Position numbers and translations under genes: made by a program | Part shown: piece after piece, positions 13,271 to 26,499 of the stretch | How positions within the stretch are numbered: position 1 is the first letter of the stretch | Layout: every line of letters starts with the position of its first letter | DNA from: Macrostomum lignano | Taxonomy: Eukaryota | DNA: 64,000 bases | Assembly (NCBI GenBank): GCA_002269645.1 | Contig: NIVC01001980.1 | Location: 1 to 64,000 of the forward strand | Direction: 5' to 3' | The notes under the pieces: model-generated | Database searches by the model: none | What the model saw: only the letters and a program-made list of their open reading frames with translations | What the model was told of the DNA's origin: nothing

Positions 13271-13680
13271 TGCCAATATTGAAGATGTGCGAGGCTCAGA
13301 AGTTTTAAGACGCCATGGAAAGTGTAAAGTGCAATTACAACAGCGAATATTTAATTTTTGACAGTCTGGCTCACACAGCTGGTACATTTTTAGGCCACAT
13401 GTGCAACTCAGTCGCTAGCAATTATGACAGTCTTGGACAACCGCGGGAACTGGAGTGAGATCGTGCATGCTCAAACCCCAGCCTATAGCTACTGCTAGCT
13501 AGATGGGCAAATATGATTGGCCTCGGCATAGAAATGGGAATACGCGGCTCACAATTTATATTGAGCCATGCCAGTTATTTAGACTGAATTCTGTGCGCCT
13601 TCGTACTGATCTCTCTGGCAACTTGACTTTACTTCTGTTGACTTCTGGCCTCTCTAGATCGAAAGCAATTAGCAGGGATC

Positions 13681-15126
13681 ATGATCGAAGACTCCAACGC
13701 CTCGGGTCCAGCAGCGCAGCCAATAGCAGTGTGCTCAGTTGAGCACGCATCCGCCAGTGCGGCCGTCCGCCTGGCTGAGTGGCTCCTCTGCGTGCTGGGC
13801 GGCCTGCTCATTATCGGCGGCGTGGCCGGCAACTCCGTCAGCGCCTACCTACAGGCGACCGAGCGGTCACACCGCGGCACCACCCGCTTCCTGATGGTCT
13901 TCCTGGCCCTGGCCGACTGCGCCGTGCTGCTGCTGGCCGTCACCAGGTACTGGCTCATCGAGACCATCGGCCTGGACATCCGGGACCTGCACCCGACCGT
14001 CTGCCGGCTGCACCAAGCTGCCGTGGCCACCGTCAGCGACCTGGCTGTGTACACCCTCTGCGCCCTCGGCGTCGAGCGCTACCTTCTGGTGGCCTTCCCG
14101 CATTCTGCCGGCCGCCTCATCACCAGGCGCAGCTTCACGGCTGCCTTCGGCCTCCTGGTTGCCGGCATCGCGGCCAAGAACTTGCCGATCGCCTTCCACC
14201 GCTTCACCGTCAGCTGCGTGCGCATCCTGCAGGCCGCCGCCGCCGGGCCGACGCTGACGGCGGAGATTCCGCAGACGCTGAACCAGTCGCAGCTCGGCCA
14301 GCCGCCGTACGAAGCCTACCGACTGCTGCCCACCCGCTGCACCTACGACCGCAATTTCGGCAGCTGGTTTGCCAAACTGGACATTGTAACCTACCTGGTG
14401 CTGCCCTACACCATCCTGCTGCTGTGCAACTTCTATATCTACGCTGTGGTGCGCCGCAGGCAAGCCCTGGTGGCCTTCACTGCCACCGCAGCCGCCGCCG
14501 CCACAGCCGCAACATCAAGGACTGGCGTCGTCGGCAGAGGCACCGCCAAGCCGAAGCTGCTGCGCAGGGCCGCCGAGTCGAGCCGGAACCGGGAGACCGC
14601 CACCCGCATCCTGGCTGTGCTGACCGTCATCCACATCTGCACCACCTTGCCGGCCTCCGTCGGGCAGCTGCTGAAGGTAACCAGCTGGCTGCCCTGGTCT
14701 GACGCTGCCCGGGTCACTCTGGACTGCCTGAAGACGCTGATGTTCGCCAACAACGCCACAAACTTCCTGGCCTACTTCGCCTCGTGCAGCGGCTTCCGAT
14801 GCCGCGTGATTCGCTGCCTCGGAGGCGGCTGGCAGAGCCGACGGCGGCAGCGGCGGCGGCAGCGGCTGCAGCAGCAGCGGGATCGGCGACGGAACTCAGA
14901 CAGTCAGCCGAAGCACCAGCAGCGAGTCGCTGAAGATGCCAACGAGCTGCGATCTTCGGCTGTACCGCAGCACCAGAAGCCGGCCTTGGCAACGCCTCAG
15001 TCGCACTCGCGGTTGCTGGTGACCGCGGACCTGCCGCCGCCTTCCTGGCCAGCCGCTGGCGGACCCGAGTCGGTCGGGGACGAACGGGAGCGAGCAGATT
15101 TTGAAGACTCTTCAAATTCTCATTAA
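13681..15126 (+). CDS. Intronless orphan class A (rhodopsin-like) GPCR, peptide-receptor-like
   Basis: 481-aa ORF with seven hydrophobic segments: GN (TM1), LALAD (TM2), ERY (TM3), LPY..L.CN (TM5), CTTLP (TM6) and NNATNFLAY (TM7), followed by a basic/Gln-rich C-terminal tail. Confidence 0.9.
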   Translation: MIEDSNASGPAAQPIAVCSVEHASASAAVRLAEWLLCVLGGLLIIGGVAGNSVSAYLQATERSHRGTTRFLMVFLALADCAVLLLAVTRYWLIETIGLDIRDLHPTVCRLHQAAVATVSDLAVYTLCALGVERYLLVAFPHSAGRLITRRSFTAAFGLLVAGIAAKNLPIAFHRFTVSCVRILQAAAAGPTLTAEIPQTLNQSQLGQPPYEAYRLLPTRCTYDRNFGSWFAKLDIVTYLVLPYTILLLCNFYIYAVVRRRQALVAFTATAAAAATAATSRTGVVGRGTAKPKLLRRAAESSRNRETATRILAVLTVIHICTTLPASVGQLLKVTSWLPWSDAARVTLDCLKTLMFANNATNFLAYFASCSGFRCRVIRCLGGGWQSRRRQRRRQRLQQQRDRRRNSDSQPKHQQRVAEDANELRSSAVPQHQKPALATPQSHSRLLVTADLPPPSWPAAGGPESVGDERERADFEDSSNSH

Positions 15127-16155
15127 ATTTTTGAGCTTTTTCAAACGCTTGCTTCTTCTCAGCACGTTTGTATAATCTGCAGCCGCGGCCTCCATCGCAC
15201 CTTCTCTCCGTCCTAAGCATGCAGCTGTTGAACTTCAAGAACCCTCAGCGTTTGGCCCTGTTAATTGGGTGCACATTTTACTGATACAGGCCGAAAAAAC
15301 CTGTGACTTTTGCAAAAAAACACTTTTCTTAATTCACTTTTTCTTGTTAACTCTCTTACAATTACTTACAAGCTAGAGATCAGCAATGTGTAAATAAATT
15401 TTGCTGCTAAAGGTTGAGAATAGATAGAAGGTTTTCAGTTACTTGCAGCCAGTTTTTTAAGTGTATTTCTTTTCGTCAGGTTTTTTTCTACGACCAAGTT
15501 TTCTGTGTTATGGCTTCTCGTGTGCAATGATTTGATTAGAGATCGCTAATTCGAATTTTCTTAATGATTTCAATCAACCCCGGTCAAAACACACAAACCG
15601 TGTTTGCTCGATTTGAAATCTGGGAGAGCTCAAGGTGGGCTGGATATTGTCTATCAATTTAAGACTAAAACACCGTCAAAACTTGTTGCAGGCTTATTTA
15701 AATTTCGGTTCCAAGGAAAGTAACTTCCGGCACTGGTTTCGGTACCGGTACTTTTCTAATTTTAAAGAACCGCTAATTAAAAAGTGCTAAACCATTTCCT
15801 TGCGAAAAAAAACAAAAAACATGTGTTGGTCCAGAGTTAAACATGCACTCTAGTTTAACTCTACTATTGTTATCACATCCAAAATTGGAGTGAATTAACA
15901 AAACTTTTAGAAAACAAAGATTACTGATCGTTGCAGTATATCAGGATGCTACATCTACAGAAAAGAATTTGGAGGCCGATTTTTTAATGTTTATTCTGAC
16001 TTGAGAAGTATATACGGAGATAGTTTTTGGCCAATAGGTGTGTCACAATGAGTAAAATACTTCAGCCAACTTTTACTTTGTGTGGCTCATTCTCGTCGCC
16101 TTACTTTGCCGTAGTTTACAGCAGCTATACTGTTACAGTAGTAACGGTGTATTGC

Positions 16156-16487
16156 AGGGGGCCGAAGCCCAGCGGTCTAGCGCAGGCTCTGGTGTGCCAG
16201 CGACCCAGGCTCGATTCCAAGTGCAGTCACATTAATTTGGGGCTGAATTGGAATCTCAGCTTGGCTCTGCTCGTGCAATTAACGGCCTTGAGAGCCAACC
16301 CCCCAAGGCGCAGTGAAGTGTACATGCCTAACGATAATATAAAGTTAGGGCCGCTGTACACTCCTGTGTGAGTGTGTACCTGCTCAGGGGAGTCGGCGGA
16401 ATGGGCAGTAATGCCTCTCGCCGGTTGTGTGACAATGTCGCTTAAAGTGCGCCAGGGTGCACACAACCCCCCTGCCTCTAATAAAAA
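16156..16487 (+). mobile_element. tRNA-derived SINE with A-tail and 13-bp TSD
   Basis: A-box-like agcccagcggtctagcgc and B-box-like ggctcgattcc; 3' aataaaaaaa; flanking aacggtgtattgc (16143-16155) and aacggtatattgc (16488-16500). A second copy lies on the minus strand at 58700-59012. Confidence 0.8.
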
Positions 16488-16775
16488 AACGGTATATTGC
16501 TGATATTGCAGACTCATAAAGAATCAATGATAATCTCCTAGCAGAGAGATTATACTATTTTCATCATTAGAGAGATTACTCTTACTCTAAAAAGAGCCAA
16601 AAAAGTGCCGCTTAAAAAAAGTAACCTCCAGTACTAAAAGAGCCGGAAGTGCCAAAACTTTGCCCAAACACTGCTTGTAGGCCATATTGCTGTCTCCATG
16701 CGTACAGCAGCTACTTCCGTGAGGATTCAATGGGCATTAACTGGAGGGAAAAGTGCTTGGAGATCTCAACTGAAT

Positions 16776-19700
16776 AGATGTCTCTGGGACCTGTCCAGGG
16801 CTGCCATGCCAATAACAATCAGATGTCTCTGGGACCTGTCCAGGGCTGCCATGCCAATAACAATCAGATGTCTCTGGGACCTGTCCAGGGCTGCCATGCC
16901 AATAACAATGAGATGTCTCTGGGACCTGTCCAGGGCTGCCATGCCAATAACAATCAGATGTCTCTGGGACCTGTCCAGGGCTCCATGCCAATAACAATCA
17001 GATGTCTCTGGGACCTGTCCAGGGCTGCCATGCCAATAACAATCAGATGTCTCTGGGACCTGTCCAGGGCTGCCATGCCAATAACAATCAGATGTCTCTG
17101 GGACCTGTCCAGGGCTGCCATGCCAATAACAATCAGATGTCTCTGGACCTGTCCAGGGCCGCCATGCCAATAACAATCAGATGTCTCTGGGACCTGTCCA
17201 GGGCTGCCATGCCAATAACAATCAGATGTCTCTGGACCTGTCCAGGGCCCCATGCCAATAACAATCAGAGTCTCTGGGACCTGTCCAGGGCTGCCATGCC
17301 AATAACAATCAGATGTCTCTGGGACCTGTCCAGGGCTACCATGCCAATAACAATCAGATGTCTCTGGGACCTGTCCAGGGCTGCCATGCCAATAACAATC
17401 AGATGTCTCTGGGACCTGTCCAGGGCTGCCATGCCAATAACAATCAGATGTCTCTGGGACCTGTCCAGGGCTGCCATGCCAATAACAATCAGATGTCTCT
17501 GGGACCTGTCCAGGGCTGCCATGCCAATAACAATCAGATGTCTCTGGGACCTGTCCAGGGCCCCATGCCAATAACAATGAGATGTCTCTGGGACCTGTCC
17601 AGGGCTACCATGCCAATAACAATCAGATGTCTCTGGGACCTGTCCAGGGCCCCATGCCAATAACAATCAGATGTCTCTGGGACCTGTCCAGGGCTGCCAT
17701 GCCAATAACAATGAGATGTCTCTGGGACCTGTCCAGGGCTGCCATGCCAATAACAATCAGATGTCTCTGGGACCTGTCCAGGGCCCCATGCCAATAACAA
17801 TCAGATGTCTCTGGGACCTGTCCAGGGCTGCCATGCCAATAACAATCAGATGTCTCTGGGACCTGTCCAGGGCCCCATGCCAATAACAATCAGATGTCTC
17901 TGGGACCTGTCCAGGGCAGCCATGCCAATAACAATCAGATGTCTCTGGACCTGTCCAAGGGCTGCCATGCCAATAACAATCAGATGTCTCTGGGACCTGT
18001 CCAGGGCCCCATGCCAATAACAATCAGATGTCTCTGGACCTGTCCAGGGCTGCCATGCCAATAACAATCAGATGTCTCTGGACCTGTCCAGGGCCCCATG
18101 CCAATAACAATGAGATGTCTCTGGGACCTGTCTAGGGCTGCCATGCCAATAACAATCAGATGTCTCTGGGACCTGTCCAGGGCTGCCATGCCAATAACAA
18201 TCAGATGTCTCTGGGACCTGTCCAGGGCTGCCATGCCAATAACAATCAGATGTCTCTGGGACCTGTCCAGGGCCCCATGCCAATAACAATCAGATGTCTC
18301 TGGGACCTGTCCAGGGCTACCATGCCAATAACAATCAGATGTCTCTGGGACCTGTCCAGGGCCCCATGCCAATAACAATCAGATGTCTCTGGGACCTGTC
18401 CAGGGCTGCCATGCCAATAACAATCAGATGTCTCTGGGACCTGTCCAGGGCTGCCATACCAATAACAATCAGATGTCTCTGGACCTGTCCAGGGCCCCAT
18501 GCCAATAACAATCAGATGTCTCTGGGACCTGTCCAGGGCAGCCATGCCAATAACAATCAGATGTCTCTGGACCTGTCCAAGGGCTGCCATGCCAATAACA
18601 ATGAGATGTCTCTGGGACCTGTCCAGGGCCCCATGCCAATAACAATCAGATGTCTCTGGACCTGTCCAGGGCTGCCATGCCAATAACAATCAGATGTCTC
18701 TGGACCTGTCCAGGGCCCCATGCCAATAACAATCAGATGTCTCTGGGACCTGTCCAGGGCAGCCATGCCAATAACAATCAGATGTCTCTGGACCTGTCCA
18801 AGGGCTGCCATGCCAATAACAATCAGATGTCTCTGGACCTGTCCAAGGGCTGCCATGCCAATAACAATCAGATGTCTCTGGGACCTGTCCAGGGCTGCCA
18901 TGCCAATAACAATCAGATGTCTCTGGACCTGTCCAGGGCTGCCATGCCAATAACAATCAGATGTCTCTGGACCTGTCCAGGGCCCCATGCCAATAACAAT
19001 CAGATGTCTCTGGGACCTGTCCAGGGCTGCCATGCTAATAACAATCAGATGTCTCTGGGACCTGTCCAGGGCTGCCATGCCAATAACAATCAGATGTCTC
19101 TGGGACCTGTCCAGGGCTGCCATGCCAATAACAATGAGATGTCTCTGGGACCTGTCCAGGGCTGCCATGCCAATAACAATCAGATGTCTCTGGGACCTGT
19201 CCAGGGCTCCATGCCAATAACAATCAGATGTCTCTGGGACCTGTCCAGGGCTGCCATGCCAATAACAATCAGATGTCTCTGGGACCTGTCCAGGGCTGCC
19301 ATGCCAATAACAATCAGATGTCTCTGGGACCTGTCCAGGGCTGCCATGCCAATAACAATCAGATGTCTCTGGACCTGTCCAGGGCCGCCATGCCAATAAC
19401 AATCAGATGTCTCTGGGACCTGTCCAGGGCTGCCATGCCAATAACAATCAGATGTCTCTGGACCTGTCCAGGGCCCCATGCCAATAACAATCAGAGTCTC
19501 TGGGACCTGTCCAGGGCTGCCATGCCAATAACAATCAGATGTCTCTGGGACCTGTCCAGGGCTACCATGCCAATAACAATCAGATGTCTCTGGGACCTGT
19601 CCAGGGCTGCCATGCCAATAACAATCAGATGTCTCTGGGACCTGTCCAGGGCTGCCATGCCAATAACAATCAGATGTCTCTGGGACCTGTCCAGGGCTGC

Positions 19701-22700
19701 CATGCCAATAACAATCAGATGTCTCTGGGACCTGTCCAGGGCTGCCATGCCAATAACAATCAGATGTCTCTGGGACCTGTCCAGGGCCCCATGCCAATAA
19801 CAATGAGATGTCTCTGGGACCTGTCCAGGGCTACCATGCCAATAACAATCAGATGTCTCTGGGACCTGTCCAGGGCCCCATGCCAATAACAATCAGATGT
19901 CTCTGGGACCTGTCCAGGGCTGCCATGCCAATAACAATGAGATGTCTCTGGGACCTGTCCAGGGCTGCCATGCCAATAACAATCAGATGTCTCTGGGACC
20001 TGTCCAGGGCCCCATGCCAATAACAATCAGATGTCTCTGGGACCTGTCCAGGGCTGCCATGCCAATAACAATCAGATGTCTCTGGGACCTGTCCAGGGCC
20101 CCATGCCAATAACAATCAGATGTCTCTGGGACCTGTCCAGGGCAGCCATGCCAATAACAATCAGATGTCTCTGGACCTGTCCAAGGGCTGCCATGCCAAT
20201 AACAATCAGATGTCTCTGGGACCTGTCCAGGGCCCCATGCCAATAACAATCAGATGTCTCTGGACCTGTCCAGGGCTGCCATGCCAATAACAATCAGATG
20301 TCTCTGGACCTGTCCAGGGCCCCATGCCAATAACAATGAGATGTCTCTGGGACCTGTCTAGGGCTGCCATGCCAATAACAATCAGATGTCTCTGGGACCT
20401 GTCCAGGGCTGCCATGCCAATAACAATCAGATGTCTCTGGGACCTGTCCAGGGCTGCCATGCCAATAACAATCAGATGTCTCTGGGACCTGTCCAGGGCC
20501 CCATGCCAATAACAATCAGATGTCTCTGGGACCTGTCCAGGGCTACCATGCCAATAACAATCAGATGTCTCTGGGACCTGTCCAGGGCCCCATGCCAATA
20601 ACAATCAGATGTCTCTGGGACCTGTCCAGGGCTGCCATGCCAATAACAATCAGATGTCTCTGGGACCTGTCCAGGGCTGCCATACCAATAACAATCAGAT
20701 GTCTCTGGACCTGTCCAGGGCCCCATGCCAATAACAATCAGATGTCTCTGGGACCTGTCCAGGGCAGCCATGCCAATAACAATCAGATGTCTCTGGACCT
20801 GTCCAAGGGCTGCCATGCCAATAACAATGAGATGTCTCTGGGACCTGTCCAGGGCCCCATGCCAATAACAATCAGATGTCTCTGGACCTGTCCAGGGCTG
20901 CCATGCCAATAACAATCAGATGTCTCTGGACCTGTCCAGGGCCCCATGCCAATAACAATCAGATGTCTCTGGGACCTGTCCAGGGCAGCCATGCCAATAA
21001 CAATCAGATGTCTCTGGACCTGTCCAAGGGCTGCCATGCCAATAACAATCAGATGTCTCTGGACCTGTCCAAGGGCTGCCATGCCAATAACAATCAGATG
21101 TCTCTGGGACCTGTCCAGGGCTGCCATGCCAATAACAATCAGATGTCTCTGGACCTGTCCAGGGCTGCCATGCCAATAACAATCAGATGTCTCTGGACCT
21201 GTCCAGGGCCCCATGCCAATAACAATCAGATGTCTCTGGGACCTGTCCAGGGCTGCCATGCTAATAACAATCAGATGTCTCTGGGACCTGTCCAGGGCTG
21301 CCATGCCAATAACAATGAGATGTCTCTGGGACCTGTCCAGGGCTGCCATGCCAATAACAATCAGATGTGTCTGGGACCTGTCCAGGACCCCATGCCAATA
21401 ACAATCAGATGTGTCTGGGACCTGTTCAGGGCCCCATGCCAATAACAATCAGATGTGTCTGGAACCTGTTCAGGGCCCCATGCCAATAACAATCAGATGT
21501 GTCTGGGACCTGTTCAGGGCTGCCATGCCAATAACAATCAGATGTCTCTGGGACCTGTCCAGGGCTGCCATGCCAATAACAATGAGATGTCTCTGGGACC
21601 TGTCCAGGGCTGCCATGCCAATAACAATCAGATGTCTCTGGGACCTGTCCAGGGCTGCCATGCCAATAACAATCAGATGTCTCTGGGACCTGTCCAGGGC
21701 TGCCATGCCAATAACAATGAGATGTCTCTGGGACCTGTCCAGGGCTGCCATGCCAATAACAATCAGATGTGTCTGGGACCTGTCCAGGGCTGCCATGCCA
21801 ATAACAATCAGATGTCTCTGGGACCTGTCCAGGGCTGCCATGCCAATAACAATCAGATGTCTCTGGGACCTGTCCAGGGCTGCCATGCCAATAACAATCA
21901 GATGTCTCTGGGACCTGTCCAGGGCTGCCATGCCAATAACAATCAGATGTCTCTGGGACCTGTCCAGGGCTGCCATGCCAATAACAATGAGATGTCTCTG
22001 GGACCTGTCCAGGGCTGCCATGCCAATAACAATCAGATGTGTCTGGGACCTGTCCAGGGCTGCCATGCCAATAACAATCAGATGTCTCTGGGACCTGTCC
22101 AGGGCTGCCATGCCAATAACAATCAGATGTCTCTGGGACCTGTCCAGGGCTGCCATGCCAATAACAATCAGATGTCTCTGGACCTGTCCAGGGCAGCCAT
22201 GCCAATAACAATCAGATGTCTCTGGGACCTGTCCAGGGCTGCCATGCCAATAACAATGAGATGTCTCTGGGACCTGTCCAGGGCTGCCATGCCAATAACA
22301 ATCAGATGTGTCTGGGACCTGTCCAGGGCCCCATGCCAATAACAATCAGATGTCTCTGGGACCTGTCCAGGGCCCCATGCCAATAACAATCAGATGTGTC
22401 TGGGACCTGTTCAGGGCCCCATGCCAATAACAATCAGATGTGTCTGGAACCTGTTCAGGGCTGCCATGCCAATAACAATCAGATGTCTCTGGGACCTGTC
22501 CAGGGCTGCCATGCCAATAACAATCAGATGTGTCTGGGACCTGTCCAGGGCCCCATGCCAATAACAATCAGATGTCTCTGGGACCTGTCCAGGGCCCCAT
22601 GCCAATAACAATCAGATGTGTCTGGGACCTGTTCAGGGCCCCATGCCAATAACAATCAGATGTGTCTGGAACCTGTTCAGGGCTGCCATGCCAATAACAA

Positions 22701-22788
22701 TCAGATGTCTCTGGGACCTGTTCAGGGCCCCATGCCAATAACAATCAGATGTGTCTGGAACCTGTTCAGGGCCCCATGCCAATAACAA
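16776..22788. repeat. 45-bp satellite, ~6 kb (~135 copies), with a 2226-bp higher-order duplication
   Basis: Unit agatgtctctgggacctgtccagggctgccatgccaataacaatc with 43-44-bp variants. Identical ORF patterns recur at an offset of exactly 2226 bp (16954/19180, 18690/20916, 18987/21213). Confidence 0.97.
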
Positions 22789-24049
22789 GCGCGTGACCGC
22801 CCGACCCCCAGCGGCATCAGCTGTTGCGGCAGTCCCCAGTCCCTGAGCCGCCCGCTTTCGCAGATCCTGTCATCAATTTTTATTGCACTGTGTAGATCTG
22901 TTGAGCTCCTCATGCGCTTCCATTGACACTGTCACGATTGCGCCTCTCCCAGCCGATTGAGAGAGGGGGAATCAGTTAATAAAGCGCCAAGCAGCTGTCA
23001 GAGCTACGGCTTCTAGTAGCAGATCTCTAATGATCTTTGCCCCGAGAAAAGCAGCCTATCTACTTCCGCCGCTTCTGCTGTAATTGGATGCACTGCTTGC
23101 TTGCCTAGAAGAGCAATATTGTCAGTGATTTGGATTAACACGGGACAATTGTTGCATAGGCTAAATTCGTGAGGCAAAGTCTCAAGCAGCTTAATCCGAG
23201 GCCTGTCTAATTGAATGGCTACAAGATGATTAATTTTGATTAAACCAGAGGTTTAATTGGCATGGAATTTGGCTGGGGGAAATCTTGTTTATCTTGCTAA
23301 AATGCTTCAGTTGTCTAGGCAGGGCAGGATGAAAGTGCTCGTGCACTTCTATCAGATAAATGCAGCGAATAATTGGCTTTTTGAATTTCACCATACATGT
23401 AGTGATGTAGGAAGGCAAACAGGATGTTCAGGGAGCTCGAAAGCTAGCATCTGGACTGGATTTTTTAAAAGAAAATCGACTACAGCGTCCATCTACAATT
23501 CAGTCCGTGTGTTTGACAGGCCGAAATTTTCGGAAAGCCCACAAACAAGGACCACTAATCTAGCAGACAGAAGCTTGAGCCATCAGTTCCGGCCAGTGCT
23601 TTGAGATGCCAATCCCTGAGAGCATTCCCCCTCAATTGATACGGTTTCTTCTGTCCACTCCTATTTGCTTGTTTATGGCTTGATGCCAAGTCAAGCCAAG
23701 CTCCTCACTGTGGACAGGTTTCCCACCGGACACTGCGGCCAATATATTTCAAATGCATAAAATTATCATACGAATAGCAGCTATGGACCCATTATTTCAG
23801 CCTGGATTAGAGTACTTACAATTCTCGCACGTTTCTCATAGTTTCAATCGAACTGCGCACCTCGGTTGAATCGATATTGATATGCCTCTTGGTATTAAGT
23901 TCAGTAAGAGCTTCTGTACATTTGCTCAGAACTTTATTTTTGCTCCGCTGTAGCTAAATATGACAGTACTACTTACTACTCATATTGAAGTAGTATAATT
24001 GGCGTGTGTATTAAGTAGTTGAGATCTAAGGACCAAGTTATCAAAGACG

Positions 24050-24490
24050 AATCACAAGAGTGAGAATCTGAGGACCCGGTTGTCAAGCAAGATTCACAAG
24101 GGTGAGAATCTGAGGACCCGGTTCTCAAGGACGAATCCCAGGGGTGAGAATCTGAGGACCCGGTTCTTACGAATCTAAGGGTTGAGAATCTAAGGACCCG
24201 GTTCTCAACGACGAATCACAAAGGTGGGGATCTAAGGACCCGATTCTCAAGGACGAATCCCAGGGGTGGGGATCTAAGGACCCGATTCTTAAGGACGAAT
24301 CCCAAGGGTGGGGATCTAAGGACCCAGTTCTCAAGGACTAATCACAAGAGTGAGATCTAATGACCCGGTTCTCAAGCAAGATTCACAAGGGTGAGAATCT
24401 AAGGACCCGGTTCTCAAGGACGAATCCCAGGGGTGACAATCTGAGGACTCGGTTCTCAAGGACGAATCACAGGGGCGAGGATCTAAGGGG
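24050..24490. repeat. 42-bp minisatellite
   Basis: Unit gggtgagaatctaaggacccggttctcaaggacgaatcccag, about 10 copies. Confidence 0.9.
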
Positions 24491-25309
24491 CCCATTTTTA
24501 GGAAAGATAAATAATTATCCAGTTTATCAGTTTAGGAAAACCAGAAGCTCGAGGTACAATTCACTAAATAATTTAGTTCTTCTCTTTAAAGTAAAAGCGC
24601 AGCGCAGAGAGCTGCGAGATAAACTAAAAGTGTTTCAATATTTTTGTTGTTTATTGCAAATTAACTGTCGAAGGAAAATGAGAACAGGGAGTTACAACGG
24701 AATGCTCTAATACTGAGGATGCAAGCAGGTTCAAGCGGTAATTTCGGCTCATGCTATGCAAAGAAAGTTGCATAATAGTCGCCGCCGCAGACAGACAAAT
24801 AAAACCGATTATTCACGCGTGTATAATTATTGTCGTTATAAATATATGAAGGTAAAAACTATTAGCGACAAAAGCATCGCTAATACTAACAGTAGTAAGA
24901 TTGCGGACAACACAAAGACTTCCAATATATAGATTATAAAGATAATGTGTATATATAAACACAACACAATATAGAATGTGAATTAGCAGGAAAACAAATG
25001 CTTATTGTACAAATGTAACCTATAGCTAAAATACGACAATGTCTACTGGCGAGTAGAGGGAAATGATAATAATGATGATAAGCAATCGACATTCTGAAAG
25101 TTAAGCCTTAGTAATAAAAATATCAGATAAAAATCGTTTCAGGGCCTTTCCGACTGTAAAGTTTTTCTCCGGCCAGCAACTAAAAACTACAGGTTTTTTA
25201 GCAGGCAATCTGTGCAGCAAATTAAAAAGCCATCATGACAGTGCGGCCCATTAAAACAAAATTTTATTTACAAAACAATTATATAATATGCTTTGAGGAT
25301 TTAGACGCA

Positions 25310-26025
25310 AAGGGCGGATTTTAGGGGAGCGGATTATAGAGGGCGGATTTTTGGGGGAGCGAATTGTAGAGGGAGGATTTTTGGGGAGCGGATTGTAGGG
25401 GCGGATTTTTGGGGGAGCGGATTGTAGAGGGCGGATTTTTGGGGTAGCGGATTGTAGGGGGCGGATTTTTGGGGGAGCGGATTGTAGGGGCGGATTTTTA
25501 GGGGAGCGGATTGTAGGGGCGGATTTTTGGGGGAGCGGATTGTTGGGGCGGATTTTTGGGGGAGCGGATTGTAGGGGCGGATTTTTGGGGGAGCGGATTG
25601 TAGGGGCGGACTTTTGGGTGAGCGGATTGTAGAGGGCGGATTTTTGGGGGAGCGGATTGTAGGGGCGGATTTTTGGGGAGCGGATTGTAGGGGCGGATTT
25701 TTGGGGGAGCGGATTGTAGGGGGCGGATTTTGGGGGGAGCGGATCATAGAGGGCGGATTTTTGGGGGAGCGGATTGTAGGGGGCGGTTTTTTGGGGGAGC
25801 GGATTGTAGGGGCGGATTTTTGGGGAAGCGGATTGTAGGGGCGGACTTTTGGGGGAGCGGATTGTAGGGGCGGATTTTTGGGGAGCGGATTGTAGGGGCG
25901 GACTTTTGGGGGAGCGGATTGTAGGGGCGGATTTTTGGGGGAGCGGATTGTAGGGGCGGATTTTTGGGGGAGCGGATTGTAGGGGGCGGATTTTTGGGGG
26001 AGCGGATTGTAGAGGCGGATTTTGG
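25310..26025. repeat. 29-30-bp G-rich minisatellite
   Basis: Unit ggggcggatttttgggggagcggattgta, about 24 copies. Confidence 0.93.
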
Positions 26026-26499
26026 GCAGAGTGTCTCATCATTACAGATGCAAAAGTTTTGGGCGCAGACTAAGTGAAATTTAAGTCTAGATTAAACGAG
26101 ATTTGTAGCATGCAAAACAGAGTTCAACTGAAGAGAGTTGAAGCAATAATACACATTAATATGCTTGTAAATTTCAATTTAACATCAGAAGCAGCAATAA
26201 TAAAAAGATTGCTAAAGTGAAACGAGCTGGCAGCCGAAACAAAACAGACTTGCAGACAACAGAAAATTGTGTTCTGAGACACTTCCATTCTAAACCAATG
26301 CGTACTTAAATACTGAATAACAAGCCAAGGAGCCGTTAGGTATTTTTGAAGGCCGATTTTGCAGTGACAGCATATTTGCTTCTGGCTGATCTTTGACATC
26401 AACTAGAGAGTGACAGCTCAGTCAATTTCTGAGCGAATGCTCGATTGATGGCGTGAACAGAGGATAATAAGTGGTCTAATGATAGTCTGTTGTCTTATA

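Noticed and set aside
16776-22788. CRISPR-like array or repeat-protein genes (dozens of ORFs such as MSLGPVQGCHANNNQ repeats)
   Set aside because: Units are contiguous with no unique spacers and there are no cas genes. The ORFs arise because 45 is a multiple of 3, and they are broken at random by 43-44-bp variants.
23257-24710. Short ORFs at 23257-23604 and 24360-24710
   Set aside because: They have no homology cues, AT-rich composition, and the second is partly repeat-derived.
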